This document shows, piece by piece, positions 49,626-58,618 of a stretch of 64,000 bases of DNA. Position numbers and translations under genes: made by a program. Positions within the stretch are counted from its first letter, which is position 1; every line of letters starts with the position of its first letter. The notes beneath the pieces were generated by a model. That model searched no databases. It saw only the letters and a list, made by a program, of their open reading frames with translations, and had not been told where the DNA came from. Source of the stretch: an uncultured Acidobacteriota bacterium (GTDB lineage: Bacteria > Acidobacteriota > Thermoanaerobaculia > Multivoradales > UBA5704); the NCBI GenBank assembly GCA_963770895.1, contig CAVYRF010000002.1, positions 3,328,001 to 3,392,000 of the forward strand, given 5' to 3'.

Positions 49626-50006
49626 TCACGTCGAGTGTTTTTGTCCGAAAGCTGGTTCGCCTTCGCCGATATCCATTCGCTCGATGAGGCCGTTCTCCAG
49701 AGTATAGACATGTATCAGGACCTGATCAGAAAGAACGTCGCCACTCAAGGTCTTCACGAGCTGGTGAACCTTCACGTCGACCTTGCCGTTGTTCAGGCCG
49801 CTTACCTCGATCGGTTCTACGTGCGGATCAAACTCCTTCCACTGCCGCGCCCAATAGGCGCGTATTTCTTCCTTTCCAATGACCCGCCCCCCTTCGGAGG
49901 CCTTCGGCCAGTTGACGCTAGGGCTCATGCGGGCGAGGGCTCCGTCGATGTCGCGCCGATTGAATGCAGAATAGATCCCTTCAATCAGAGCTCGTGTGTT
50001 GTTCAT
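49626..50006 (-). CDS. SnoaL/NTF2-like protein
   Basis: YSAFNRRDIDG..V.WP...G.EEIRAYW..HVY...GLIERMDI. Confidence 0.85.
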   Translation of the reverse strand: MNNTRALIEGIYSAFNRRDIDGALARMSPSVNWPKASEGGRVIGKEEIRAYWARQWKEFDPHVEPIEVSGLNNGKVDVKVHQLVKTLSGDVLSDQVLIHVYTLENGLIERMDIGEGEPAFGQKHST

Positions 50007-50428
50007 TTGCTCCCCGGATCTCGTCGGTGGCGGCGTTAAGATTCTGTAAAATAGGGCGCCCTTAGACCTACGTTCCAAGCGATCCGCGCAGAGTCCAGAT
50101 CAGTTACTGGGCAGGCGCCCCGCCGCGGCGTGGATACGAGAAATCGCCATTCCAGGTGAGAGTATATCTCTTACGTAGACGCAGAACATATCCCAATCTG
50201 CCGATCTCGCGCCGCATCTGGTGGGCCTCTTCAAGGCAGCTCGCTCGCTCCGTCGCGGCGAGGGGGGGGCGGCTTCCCGCCTGGTCAGCATCGGCACCCA
50301 AGTGGTCGGCTCGGTAACCAACGCCTCGTTTGGCCAAGACCGCTGCGTACTTGTCCGCCTGGATCTAATGGCCAGGAGCACCGCGCCGCCCGTGATACAC
50401 TCTGTAGGCACAATTTAAGGAGTTCTCA

Positions 50429-50875
50429 ATGAACAGCGTACAAATCGAGCAGAAGACCTATGAGATGCCCCCACAGGAGGGGATCAGCATCGCGCATTTT
50501 CTCACCGTCACCAACATCGAGCGATCGGCTCGCTACTACGAGACGGTCTTCGGCGCTCGTATTCTGAGCCTGGGTGACGGCAACGCGCCTGCGTACCTTC
50601 AGCTCGCGAATATCTGGATGATTTTGAACGTCGGGGGCGGGCCGACACCGGACAAGCCTACGGTAACGCTCAGCGTTCCCGACCCGAATCACATCAACAG
50701 CTTTATGAACATTCGCGTCGCAGATATTCAGGCGTGCTATGAATTATGGAAAACCCGAGGGGCCGAGTTCATCACGGAACCCTTGGAGAAGTACGGCGAG
50801 TGGCGCTGCTACATCCGCGATCCCGACGGTTATCTGATCGAGATCGGACAGAGCACCACCCTCAAGTATGGTTAA
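50429..50875 (+). CDS. VOC/glyoxalase family protein
   Basis: H.LTV.NIERSARYYE.VFG; YIRDPDGYLIE; AAGGAG RBS. Confidence 0.9.
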   Translation: MNSVQIEQKTYEMPPQEGISIAHFLTVTNIERSARYYETVFGARILSLGDGNAPAYLQLANIWMILNVGGGPTPDKPTVTLSVPDPNHINSFMNIRVADIQACYELWKTRGAEFITEPLEKYGEWRCYIRDPDGYLIEIGQSTTLKYG

Positions 50876-51131
50876 CGCTTGGCCCGAATAGCAGCAGGTT
50901 TATTCAGCCGACAACAGCCGGAGAGTGTCATGCCCGTGAGGCGGCTGAGCGGGTTCTCATCAGAGGTCCAGTCGCGACCCGCCTGGAAGTCAGCGGGGTG
51001 GGTGGTTGCGAACAGCCTCACCGTCTCCATCCAGCCGGCAGGCGGGGACATCGGCGGATTCGCCAACTTCATCCGGGATGTACAGGGCCGGCCTTGTGGT
51101 GCGGCGCCGTTTGCGCCAGGATTGCGAAACC

Positions 51132-52295
51132 ATGTCGAGATCGCAGCCGTCGCCTTCGCGCGCCGCCCCCGGCGGCATCCTGGCGCGCGTCTGGCTGGTC
51201 GCGTGCTGGCTCGCCGTCATGGTGCCGCCGCCGGGCCGGGCGGTGGCCGTCGGCGCCGGGCCGCTCGGGCTGCTCCTCGCCAGCTCCGACGTGGTGCTCG
51301 TGGCCCGTGTCGAATCTATCGAGCGCTCCTCTGAATATGAGTATCTCGCCTTTCACGCCGAGACCATCGCTGTCCTCGCGGGGGCCGATCCGATCCCTGC
51401 CCACCTCACGCTCACGCCGGCATTTCCGATCTGGCCGGCGGACCTCGGCGTGCCCTACGAGGTGGGGACGACCGTCATCGTCTTCCTGGAGCGCCGGAGC
51501 GATGGCCTCGCGTTGATCAACGAGGTGCGAGCTATCCTGCCGGCCGGCGGTGCCGCGGGGGCGGGAGCGGGTGGAGCGGCGGTGGGGGCGAGGGTGGGGG
51601 TAGGGGTACGCTACGGAAACCTGCGCGCCGGTGTTTTCGATCAGCTCTCCGCCGCGCTCGGCCGTACTCACGATGACCGCCAGGCGGCTCGCCTGCTGGT
51701 GCTGCTCGCCGAGATATCGATCGACAGAGACGAAGGCACCTTCGTGCCGTTCCTCGACGGCACCGGCACCGGCGTCTGGAGCCGCCGCGCCGCGCTGGCC
51801 GCCCTGCTGCGCCTCCATCCCACGCCGGCGCGGGTCCGCCTTGCCGGCGAAGACTTCCGGGGGTTCCTCGCCAGCCCCCCAGACGCAGCCGACCGTTTCC
51901 TGTTGCGGGAGCTCTACGAATCGGTGCTCGACGACCGCTTCGTCTCACCCCAGGAAGCGCCGGGGCGGGCGGCGCCGTTTCTCCCCATCTACCGCGCCAT
52001 CGCCGACGCGCCGGATGAATTGGGTCTCGAAGAGGCCGCCCTGCACGGCCTGCAGCACGCCGGGCAACGCGCCGACGCCCTGCGGCTTTACGCCTACGCC
52101 AGGAGTCCCCGGCCGTACCTCCGCCACCAGGCGCTCGACACCCTCTGCCAGATGTTCGGCGTCCCCCTCCGCCAGCACACCGTGATCTCCTACGAGATGC
52201 CGCTCGCCCCGGAGGTCGTCGAGCAGGAGCAGCTCATGCAGACCGCGGTCCGCGCGGCGCTCGAGCGCGAGGGCCTGCTCCCTCCCGGCGGTTGA
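51132..52295 (+). CDS. Hypothetical secreted protein with HEAT-like helices
   Basis: Signal-like segment; SDVVLVARVES; helical repeats; start uncertain. Confidence 0.55.
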   Translation: MSRSQPSPSRAAPGGILARVWLVACWLAVMVPPPGRAVAVGAGPLGLLLASSDVVLVARVESIERSSEYEYLAFHAETIAVLAGADPIPAHLTLTPAFPIWPADLGVPYEVGTTVIVFLERRSDGLALINEVRAILPAGGAAGAGAGGAAVGARVGVGVRYGNLRAGVFDQLSAALGRTHDDRQAARLLVLLAEISIDRDEGTFVPFLDGTGTGVWSRRAALAALLRLHPTPARVRLAGEDFRGFLASPPDAADRFLLRELYESVLDDRFVSPQEAPGRAAPFLPIYRAIADAPDELGLEEAALHGLQHAGQRADALRLYAYARSPRPYLRHQALDTLCQMFGVPLRQHTVISYEMPLAPEVVEQEQLMQTAVRAALEREGLLPPGG

Positions 52296-52393
52296 CCTTT
52301 GTTGAGCTCGCCGATCTTCACGAGGAAATCTGTCACATTGCCGCGCGGCGGGGCGACCGCCGCGCGGACACGTTCAGGTGCTGGTTGTCGGCT

Positions 52394-52432
52394 CCGCGAG
52401 CGGCGCGTGGGTTCGAGTCCCACTCCCTCCGC
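52394..52432 (+). other. 3' fragment of a tRNA (Ser-like), possible att-site scar
   Basis: T-arm GTGGG-TTCGAGT-CCCAC followed by acceptor-like TCCCTCCGC; no matching 5' half upstream. Confidence 0.65.
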
Positions 52433-52470
52433 GACCCGGTTCTTGACGCCGGTTTTGCTTCAGCTTCGGA

Positions 52471-53964
52471 CTACGGGGCAGCGCAGGCCACGCCTCGGCT
52501 TTCGGCGGCGTTGAAGACGAGTTGGGTGCAAAGCGCGGCCTGGTCTGTGGTGACGGTCAGAACGGAGAGCGGCACGCCATTTTGGAGGACCCCGCACTGG
52601 TCACCGGCTCCGGGTGTATTCCCTCCAGCGGCCAGGCTGAAGATCGTTGGGTCGTACATTACGGGTGGATCGATCGAGGTGATGACGGCGCCCCCGAGAT
52701 TGACGCAGTAGTTGAGGTTGGCGAGGATGGAGTTGAACTGATCGATGGTGGAGCAGGGGCAGGTCGCCGGCTGGGCCATCACCGACACGTTGTCGACCAT
52801 CGGTCCGGCGCACGTCCCGTCGTTTTCCAGGCTCGCAAACGAGATCACCGTCGAGGCGCCGACGGCCGTAAAGCTGAGCGAAGCGGCATGCCAGATGTTG
52901 GTGCCGTCCAGGTAGCCCTCGGCGAGCGGATCGGCCGAGACCACGGTGGAGCCGCTCCCGGCGCTCGCCTGCATGGTCTTCGGTCCAAAGTAGCAGGGCG
53001 AGTAGGAATTGGCGGAATAGGAGAAGCTCATGGTGTACGAAACGCCGGGCGTCGTCGGTATCGTCTGCGAGACCGTTCCCGGTGCGTTGCCGCAGCAGCT
53101 GTTCAGGTCGATGAAACGTTCGCCGTCCGCGGCGACCATCGAGTCGGGGACGGTCAAGTCCGCATCCTGCCAGTCCACGCCGCCGCCGCTGACCGTCCAG
53201 TTGGGAATCGTGTCCGTCGCCCCAAAGTACCCGATCGGCGCCCAATAGCCGTGGTTGTTGGGCCAGCCGCCGTCGATCTGGGTGGTGCTTTCGAACCCCA
53301 CCTCGAAGCTTCCGTTCTGGACCAGATTGGGCAGCACCGAGACGTTGTCGACCATCGGCCCGGCGCACGTCCCGTCGTTTTCGAGGCTGGCGAACGAGAT
53401 CACCGTCGACGCGCTGGCGGCCGTAAAGCTGACCGAAGCGGCATGCCAGATGTTGGTGCTGTCCAGGTAGCCCTCGGCGAGCGGATCGGCCGAGACCACG
53501 GTGGCGGCGCTCCCGGCGCTCGCCTGCATGGTCTTCGGCCCAAAGTAGCAGGGCGAGTAGGGGTTGGCGGAGTAGGAAAAGCTCATGGTGTACGCAACCC
53601 CGGTCGTCGTCGCTATCGTTTGCGAGATCACGCCCGGTGCGTTGCCACAGCAGCTGTTCAGGTCGATGAAACGCTCGCCGTCCGCGGCGACCATCGAGTC
53701 GGGGACGGTTGAGTCCGCGTCCTGCCAGTCCACACCGCCGCCGCTGACCGTCCAGTTGGGAATCGTGTCGGTCGCCCCAAAGTACCCGATCGGCGCCCAA
53801 TAGCCGTGGTTGCTCGGCCAGCCGCCGTCGATCTGGGTGGTGCTTTCGTATCCCACCTCGAAGCTTCCGTTCTGGGCCAGGTTGGTTTGAGCCGCGGCCG
53901 GGCTTGACACCAGCGCCAATGCCAAGCCGACAAGCATGAAAAGGCCGATGACACTTCTCCTCAT
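52471..53964 (-). CDS. Secreted protein with two tandem DUF642/galactose-binding-like domains
   Basis: Signal peptide; NL.QNGSFE..W....AADG...IDLN..ISQT..DNVSV twice; GAGGAGGA RBS. Confidence 0.8.
   Translation of the reverse strand: MRRSVIGLFMLVGLALALVSSPAAAQTNLAQNGSFEVGYESTTQIDGGWPSNHGYWAPIGYFGATDTIPNWTVSGGGVDWQDADSTVPDSMVAADGERFIDLNSCCGNAPGVISQTIATTTGVAYTMSFSYSANPYSPCYFGPKTMQASAGSAATVVSADPLAEGYLDSTNIWHAASVSFTAASASTVISFASLENDGTCAGPMVDNVSVLPNLVQNGSFEVGFESTTQIDGGWPNNHGYWAPIGYFGATDTIPNWTVSGGGVDWQDADLTVPDSMVAADGERFIDLNSCCGNAPGTVSQTIPTTPGVSYTMSFSYSANSYSPCYFGPKTMQASAGSGSTVVSADPLAEGYLDGTNIWHAASLSFTAVGASTVISFASLENDGTCAGPMVDNVSVMAQPATCPCSTIDQFNSILANLNYCVNLGGAVITSIDPPVMYDPTIFSLAAGGNTPGAGDQCGVLQNGVPLSVLTVTTDQAALCTQLVFNAAESRGVACAAP
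52780..53883. repeat. Intragenic tandem duplication, 555-bp unit
   Basis: Near-identical blocks offset by exactly 555 bp (e.g. 53030 vs 53585). Confidence 0.92.
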
Positions 53965-54103
53965 GAGGAATCCTCCTCTTTCTTCTGATCAGGTAGCGAG
54001 ATTGCCGCCTCACTACCTATTCGGAATTCGGAGGCCGGACCTATCACGAGTCGTCAACGCAAGGCCTCGATCGCGTCCACCCTGTGCGGTCGGGCGTTCG
54101 CTC

Positions 54104-56890
54104 TCACCCCCCAGCTCGCACTGAGCCGGTGGCGGGCCGTGCCGCTGTTGCCAGCACCTTGAGGTGAGCGAGAAGCGGCGCGGTCGGGACCAGCGCCCCT
54201 TCGGCCTGCTTCAGGATGGTCGCCGCGAGCGCTGCGCCCGCGGCGCGTTGGGCAGCGGTGCCGCGCGCCAGGAGCTCGGCGCGCGGCACCTTGCCCACGG
54301 CGCAGAGGATGTGCCCGGCACCATAGTACTGCTGCTCGGTCTGCTCGGCGCGCAGCAAGCCTTGGAGCGCCTCCGTGGTGTGTCCGAGTGCCGCCTCGGC
54401 GAGAGCGGCTTGGCGCTCTACCTCGATGCCCAGCCACGACTTTGTCACCGGCACCAGCGGCCGGATGCTGGCCATCTCCGCCAGCGCCCGCGCCGCATCG
54501 CCCTTGCGCAGGTACCACATCGCTTGCACGAGGCGCGCCTTGAGCGTATCCGGTGCGTTCTCACGGCGGGTGGCGAGGCGCATCTTGAGCGCCATTGCGA
54601 CCTGCGGGCGGGCGGCGTCGAGCTCGCCGGCGCGCACCAGCGACAGGGCGTAGTTGACGCGGATGACCGCCAGGCTGCCTTCCGAGGAGGATCTGGCGAG
54701 CGCGGCAAGCGACCGTTCCCAGGCGCGCGTGGCGGCGCGTTCATCGCCGACCGCGTCTTCGGCCATCGCCAGGTTGTGAAGCATGATGCCGACCGGTGCC
54801 GAGGACGGGCCCATCCTGCGGGTCGCGATCGAAATCGCCTGTTGATAGAGCGGGATGGCCTCGCGCCCGCGTCCCGCGAAGTCCAGGCCGCGCGCCAGCT
54901 CCGCCATCGCCCAGGCGGTCGCGAAGGAGTCGGCGCCCTTGATGCGACGGTTGGCGGAGAGCGCGGCGCGGAATTCCGCCACGGCCTCGGGGAAGCGCTG
55001 CGCGTCGTCGAGGGCCCGGCCGATGTTCTCGTACGTCTCGATGTAATCATTGTCATTCTTGCCATGCAGCTGGCCGTACATTCCCTGGCCGCGGCGCAGC
55101 GTCGCGATCGCATCGTCGTGCCAGCCTTCCTTCGAAAGCGTCATGCCGAGCACATCGAGAGCATCCGCCAGGTCGTTGCTCGGGCCGCCGCGCGCCAGGA
55201 TCGCCACGTTGCGTCGCCGCAGCGCCTCCGCTTCGCGGGTCCGATCGGTCAGATGAAGGATGGCGGCGAGCTCTTCGCGCGCCGTGACCGCCAGCATCCC
55301 CTCCGCTCCGGCATGCCGTTCGACGAGTGTCAGCGCCTCGCGTGCGTCGGCCTCGCCGCTGGCCGGATCGAACGTCACATCGCGCAGGTCCGACAGGTTT
55401 ATCAAGAGGCGGGCCAGGGCGAGCGGCCGGTCCAGGCTGCGCTCGATCGCGACGGCGCGGAGCAGGTGATCGCGCGCCTTGACGGTATTGCCCATGTTCT
55501 CCTGGACCTGGCCGAGTGCGCCGTGAATGTCGGAGAGCGCCGCGGCCTGTCCCTTGAGCTCGGTCTCGAGACGCGCTTCGGCCTGGGCGATCAGCGTCGC
55601 GGTCGGCACCGGGGCGACCTCGCCAGCCTCGTGCGAGGCGCGGAAGATCGACACCAGGAAGTCGCTGACTTGGCGCGATGCGGCTTCGGCCCGCGTGGCG
55701 CGGTTGCGGTCGCTCTCCGCCTTGGACGCGGCGGCGCGGGCGCTCCGTTCGGCGGTGCGTGCCAGGTGCGACTCGAACATCGCCTGGGCGGCGGCCGCGG
55801 AGACGGTCGCGGCGAGGAGCAGGGCGGCCGCCGCCGCCGTCCGGCGGCGGGCGAGGAGCTTGCGCAGCACGTAGCCGCGCCGCCCCTGCCATTCGGCAAT
55901 GGGAAGGCGGTCGCGGAAGCGTCGGATGTCGGCGGTCAGCGAGTCGACCGTGGCATAGCGCTCGGCCGGGTCGCGACGCGTGGCACGGGCGATGATCGCC
56001 GCGAGCTCGCGCCGGCGCAGCGCAGACAGGTGTTGCCGGCCGGCCGCCGCCGCGAGGAGCTCGGCCAGGAGCACGCCGAGGCTGTAGATGTCGCTCGCCG
56101 TGGAGAGCGCTCCGCGCTCGATCTGCTCGGGACTGGCGTAGCGCGGCGTAAAGGCGTGCGGCGGCGGGGCGGCGGGCAAGGCGGGCTCGGCGCCCGCCTC
56201 GACGCGGCCGAGCAGGTGGGCGATGCCGAAGTCGAGCAGCACCGGGCGGCCGCCGGCGTCGATCAGCAGATTCGACGGCTTGAGGTCACAGTGGATGACC
56301 AGCTGGCGATGGGCGAACGCCACCGCGTCGCAGGCGGTGAGAAAGAGATCGAGGATCGCCTCGACACCGAGCTGCGCGTGGCGGCAGTGCACGTCGATGT
56401 GATTTCCCTCGATGTACTCCATGACCAGGTAGGGCCGCTGGTTCGGTGTCGCGCCGCCGTCGAGCAGGCGGGCGATGTTGGGGTGGGTGAGGTGGGCGAG
56501 GAGCTGCCGCTCGCGGGTGAAGAGCGCCAACGCCTGCGGGCTCGGCACGCCCTGCAAGATCTTGAGAGCCGCGCGCTGCTCGAAGTGGCCGTCGCTACGT
56601 TCGGCCAGGAAGACGCGCGCCATGCCGCCACGGCCGATCTCGGCCGCGATGCGCCAAACCCCCAGGGTGTCGCCCGGCGCGATCGCGTGCGTCGCCGCTT
56701 CGTCGAGCACCGAGGCGATGGGTTGCCAGGCGAGCGTCGTACCAGTGGTCACGGCGTGGAGTGCCAGCACCTCGGCGATCACCCCTGCATCGTCGGTGAG
56801 CCCCGCCAGGGCCGCGGCGCGCTGGTCGGGCGGCAGCTCGGCGACCACGGCGAAGAGGCGCTTGATGGTTGCGTACTGCTCGGGGCTCAT
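54104..56890 (-). CDS. Ser/Thr kinase with TM segment and TPR repeats (ECF-associated)
   Basis: GRGGMARV, ERQLLAHLTHPNIARLLDGG, HCDLKPSN, DFG, YASPEQ; TPR-like C-terminus. Confidence 0.92.
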   Translation of the reverse strand: MSPEQYATIKRLFAVVAELPPDQRAAALAGLTDDAGVIAEVLALHAVTTGTTLAWQPIASVLDEAATHAIAPGDTLGVWRIAAEIGRGGMARVFLAERSDGHFEQRAALKILQGVPSPQALALFTRERQLLAHLTHPNIARLLDGGATPNQRPYLVMEYIEGNHIDVHCRHAQLGVEAILDLFLTACDAVAFAHRQLVIHCDLKPSNLLIDAGGRPVLLDFGIAHLLGRVEAGAEPALPAAPPPHAFTPRYASPEQIERGALSTASDIYSLGVLLAELLAAAAGRQHLSALRRRELAAIIARATRRDPAERYATVDSLTADIRRFRDRLPIAEWQGRRGYVLRKLLARRRTAAAAALLLAATVSAAAAQAMFESHLARTAERSARAAASKAESDRNRATRAEAASRQVSDFLVSIFRASHEAGEVAPVPTATLIAQAEARLETELKGQAAALSDIHGALGQVQENMGNTVKARDHLLRAVAIERSLDRPLALARLLINLSDLRDVTFDPASGEADAREALTLVERHAGAEGMLAVTAREELAAILHLTDRTREAEALRRRNVAILARGGPSNDLADALDVLGMTLSKEGWHDDAIATLRRGQGMYGQLHGKNDNDYIETYENIGRALDDAQRFPEAVAEFRAALSANRRIKGADSFATAWAMAELARGLDFAGRGREAIPLYQQAISIATRRMGPSSAPVGIMLHNLAMAEDAVGDERAATRAWERSLAALARSSSEGSLAVIRVNYALSLVRAGELDAARPQVAMALKMRLATRRENAPDTLKARLVQAMWYLRKGDAARALAEMASIRPLVPVTKSWLGIEVERQAALAEAALGHTTEALQGLLRAEQTEQQYYGAGHILCAVGKVPRAELLARGTAAQRAAGAALAATILKQAEGALVPTAPLLAHLKVLATAARPATGSVRAGG

Positions 56891-57576
56891 GTCGATCGCG
56901 GCCTGCGCGGTTGCGACGGGTGGAGAGCATGCCGTTGGAAACCTGGCGGCTGGTGCTGCGGCGGCGCATGCCGCCGCGGCGGGTCCCTGCGCGCCGGGGC
57001 GCCGAGCGCCTTGTTGAGCCAGGCGCGGGCGAAGCGGAGCTCGCGGTCGACCGTCGGCACCGAGATGTCGAGGAGGCTCGCGATCTCCTCGCGGTCCAGG
57101 CCGCCGAAGCACTTGAGATGCATGATCTGGCCGCAGCGCGCATCGAGCCGCGCCAGGCGTTCGAGCGCGTCATCGATGACCAGCAAGTCGACCGCCGCCG
57201 CGCCGCTGCCGCCAGCCGCCTCCGCCACGTCCGCCAGGGTGACGCGCAGGGCGCCACCGCCGCGCTTTCCGGCGGCACGCGCCCGCGCGTGATCGACCAG
57301 GATCGAGCGGATGGCGAGCGACAGCGTGGCAAAGAAGTGCGCTCGGTTCTGGAACTCGGCGGGCGACGGCAGGAGGCCCAACAGAGCCTCGTGCAGCACC
57401 TCGGTCGGCGAGAGCGTGACCGGGTGGCTGCCGCGGCTCACTCGCCGGGCGGCCACCGCCTTGAGCTGGTCGTAGACCTGGTCGATGAGCTCGCCGAACG
57501 CAGTGCCGCTTCCCTGGCGCCAGGAGCGGAGGAGGGCGGTGAGCGGCGGCGGCTCGGGGGGCGGGGTTGGAGGCAT
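56887..57576 (-). CDS. ECF sigma factor of the kinase-associated type
   Basis: LTALLRSW..G, VY.QL, TLSPTEVLHEA, NRAHFF, ILVDHAR...A.KRGG, TVDRELRFARAWL. Confidence 0.92.
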   Translation of the reverse strand: MPPTPPPEPPPLTALLRSWRQGSGTAFGELIDQVYDQLKAVAARRVSRGSHPVTLSPTEVLHEALLGLLPSPAEFQNRAHFFATLSLAIRSILVDHARARAAGKRGGGALRVTLADVAEAAGGSGAAAVDLLVIDDALERLARLDARCGQIMHLKCFGGLDREEIASLLDISVPTVDRELRFARAWLNKALGAPARRDPPRRHAPPQHQPPGFQRHALHPSQPRRPRST

Positions 57577-57881
57577 CGTGCCAGGGAGCGATGCGGTGAT
57601 CGGGTGCCGCCAGGAGACAAGCTCCCGGCAACTCCAGCCGCGCCCGCAATGAGTCGTGTGCGGTGCCTGAGCTTCCTTGTGCAGCCGTCCATTATACAGC
57701 TATGCAGCACAGGTGTGTGGGTGCAGCGCCGGCCCGTCGCTGCGAGCGTTCACTGGTGCTGGACCTGCGGTTGCAGCACTTTCCTGGCGTACACTTGGTC
57801 GAGACCGTCGAACGCCGCAGCGAGATCGCGCGGCGCCTCCGGCGGCTCGCCTGAAACGCCCAAGACGCAAGGAGAATGGAT

Positions 57882-58364
57882 ATGGCCGATCTCGTTACGT
57901 GCCTGTGGTTCGACCACGGCGAATCAAGCAAGGCGGCGGAATTCTACGCCGCGACATTTCCCGACAGCCATGTCGACCGGGTGAACGCTGCCCCCGGTGA
58001 TTTTCCCGGCGGCCACGAAGGCAGCGAGTTGACCGTCGAATTCACGGTGCTCGGGCGGCGGTTCGTCGGTCTCAACGGTGGCCCGAATTTCACGCCGAAT
58101 GAATCGGTCAGCTTCATGGTCGTTACCGAAGACCAGGAAGAGACCGACCGCTACTGGGACGCGATCGTCGGCAATGGAGGCGTCGAGAGTGCCTGCGGCT
58201 GGTGCAAGGACCGTTGGGGCTTTTCCTGGCAAATCACGCCGAGGCGGCTGCTTGACCTGACGACGAGTTCCGACCGTGGCAAGGCAAAGCGCGCCTTCGA
58301 GGCGATGATGACGATGACGAAAATCGACGTCGCCAGGATCGAAGAGGCGGCGGAAGCCGCCTGA
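57882..58364 (+). CDS. VOC family protein (PhnB-like)
   Basis: [34 protein letters not shown]. Confidence 0.92.
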   Translation: MADLVTCLWFDHGESSKAAEFYAATFPDSHVDRVNAAPGDFPGGHEGSELTVEFTVLGRRFVGLNGGPNFTPNESVSFMVVTEDQEETDRYWDAIVGNGGVESACGWCKDRWGFSWQITPRRLLDLTTSSDRGKAKRAFEAMMTMTKIDVARIEEAAEAA

Positions 58365-58618
58365 AGGGCGCCCGCCAGGGCTGAGCCGGAGCCTGCACGT
58401 CTCATCGAGAACCAGGAGGAGCGCTCCGCGGCACTCCACCGCGCACCGCGGAGAGCGGCGAGCCCAACACCGATCTGGGCAGTCGGCGGCCACTTTTACT
58501 CGGCGCCGAACCCACCTCCAGCGTCGCCCTTTCGGCCAATCCCTCCAATGCTTGAGTGAGCGGCGCGGCTGCGCCGGCGCAGGTGCGCCGCGGTGGGTTA
58601 GGCCGCTTTGCGGCGCGG

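Noticed and set aside
52394-52432. Complete tRNA gene
   Set aside because: No complementary 5' acceptor strand or D-arm upstream
52780-53883. 555-bp repeat pair as a DGR template/variable repeat
   Set aside because: Both units are in one ORF, the differences inspected are not adenine-specific, and no DGR RT is present
54164-57292. 1042-aa plus-strand ORF
   Set aside because: Antisense shadow of the kinase/ECF genes, typical of high-GC codon bias
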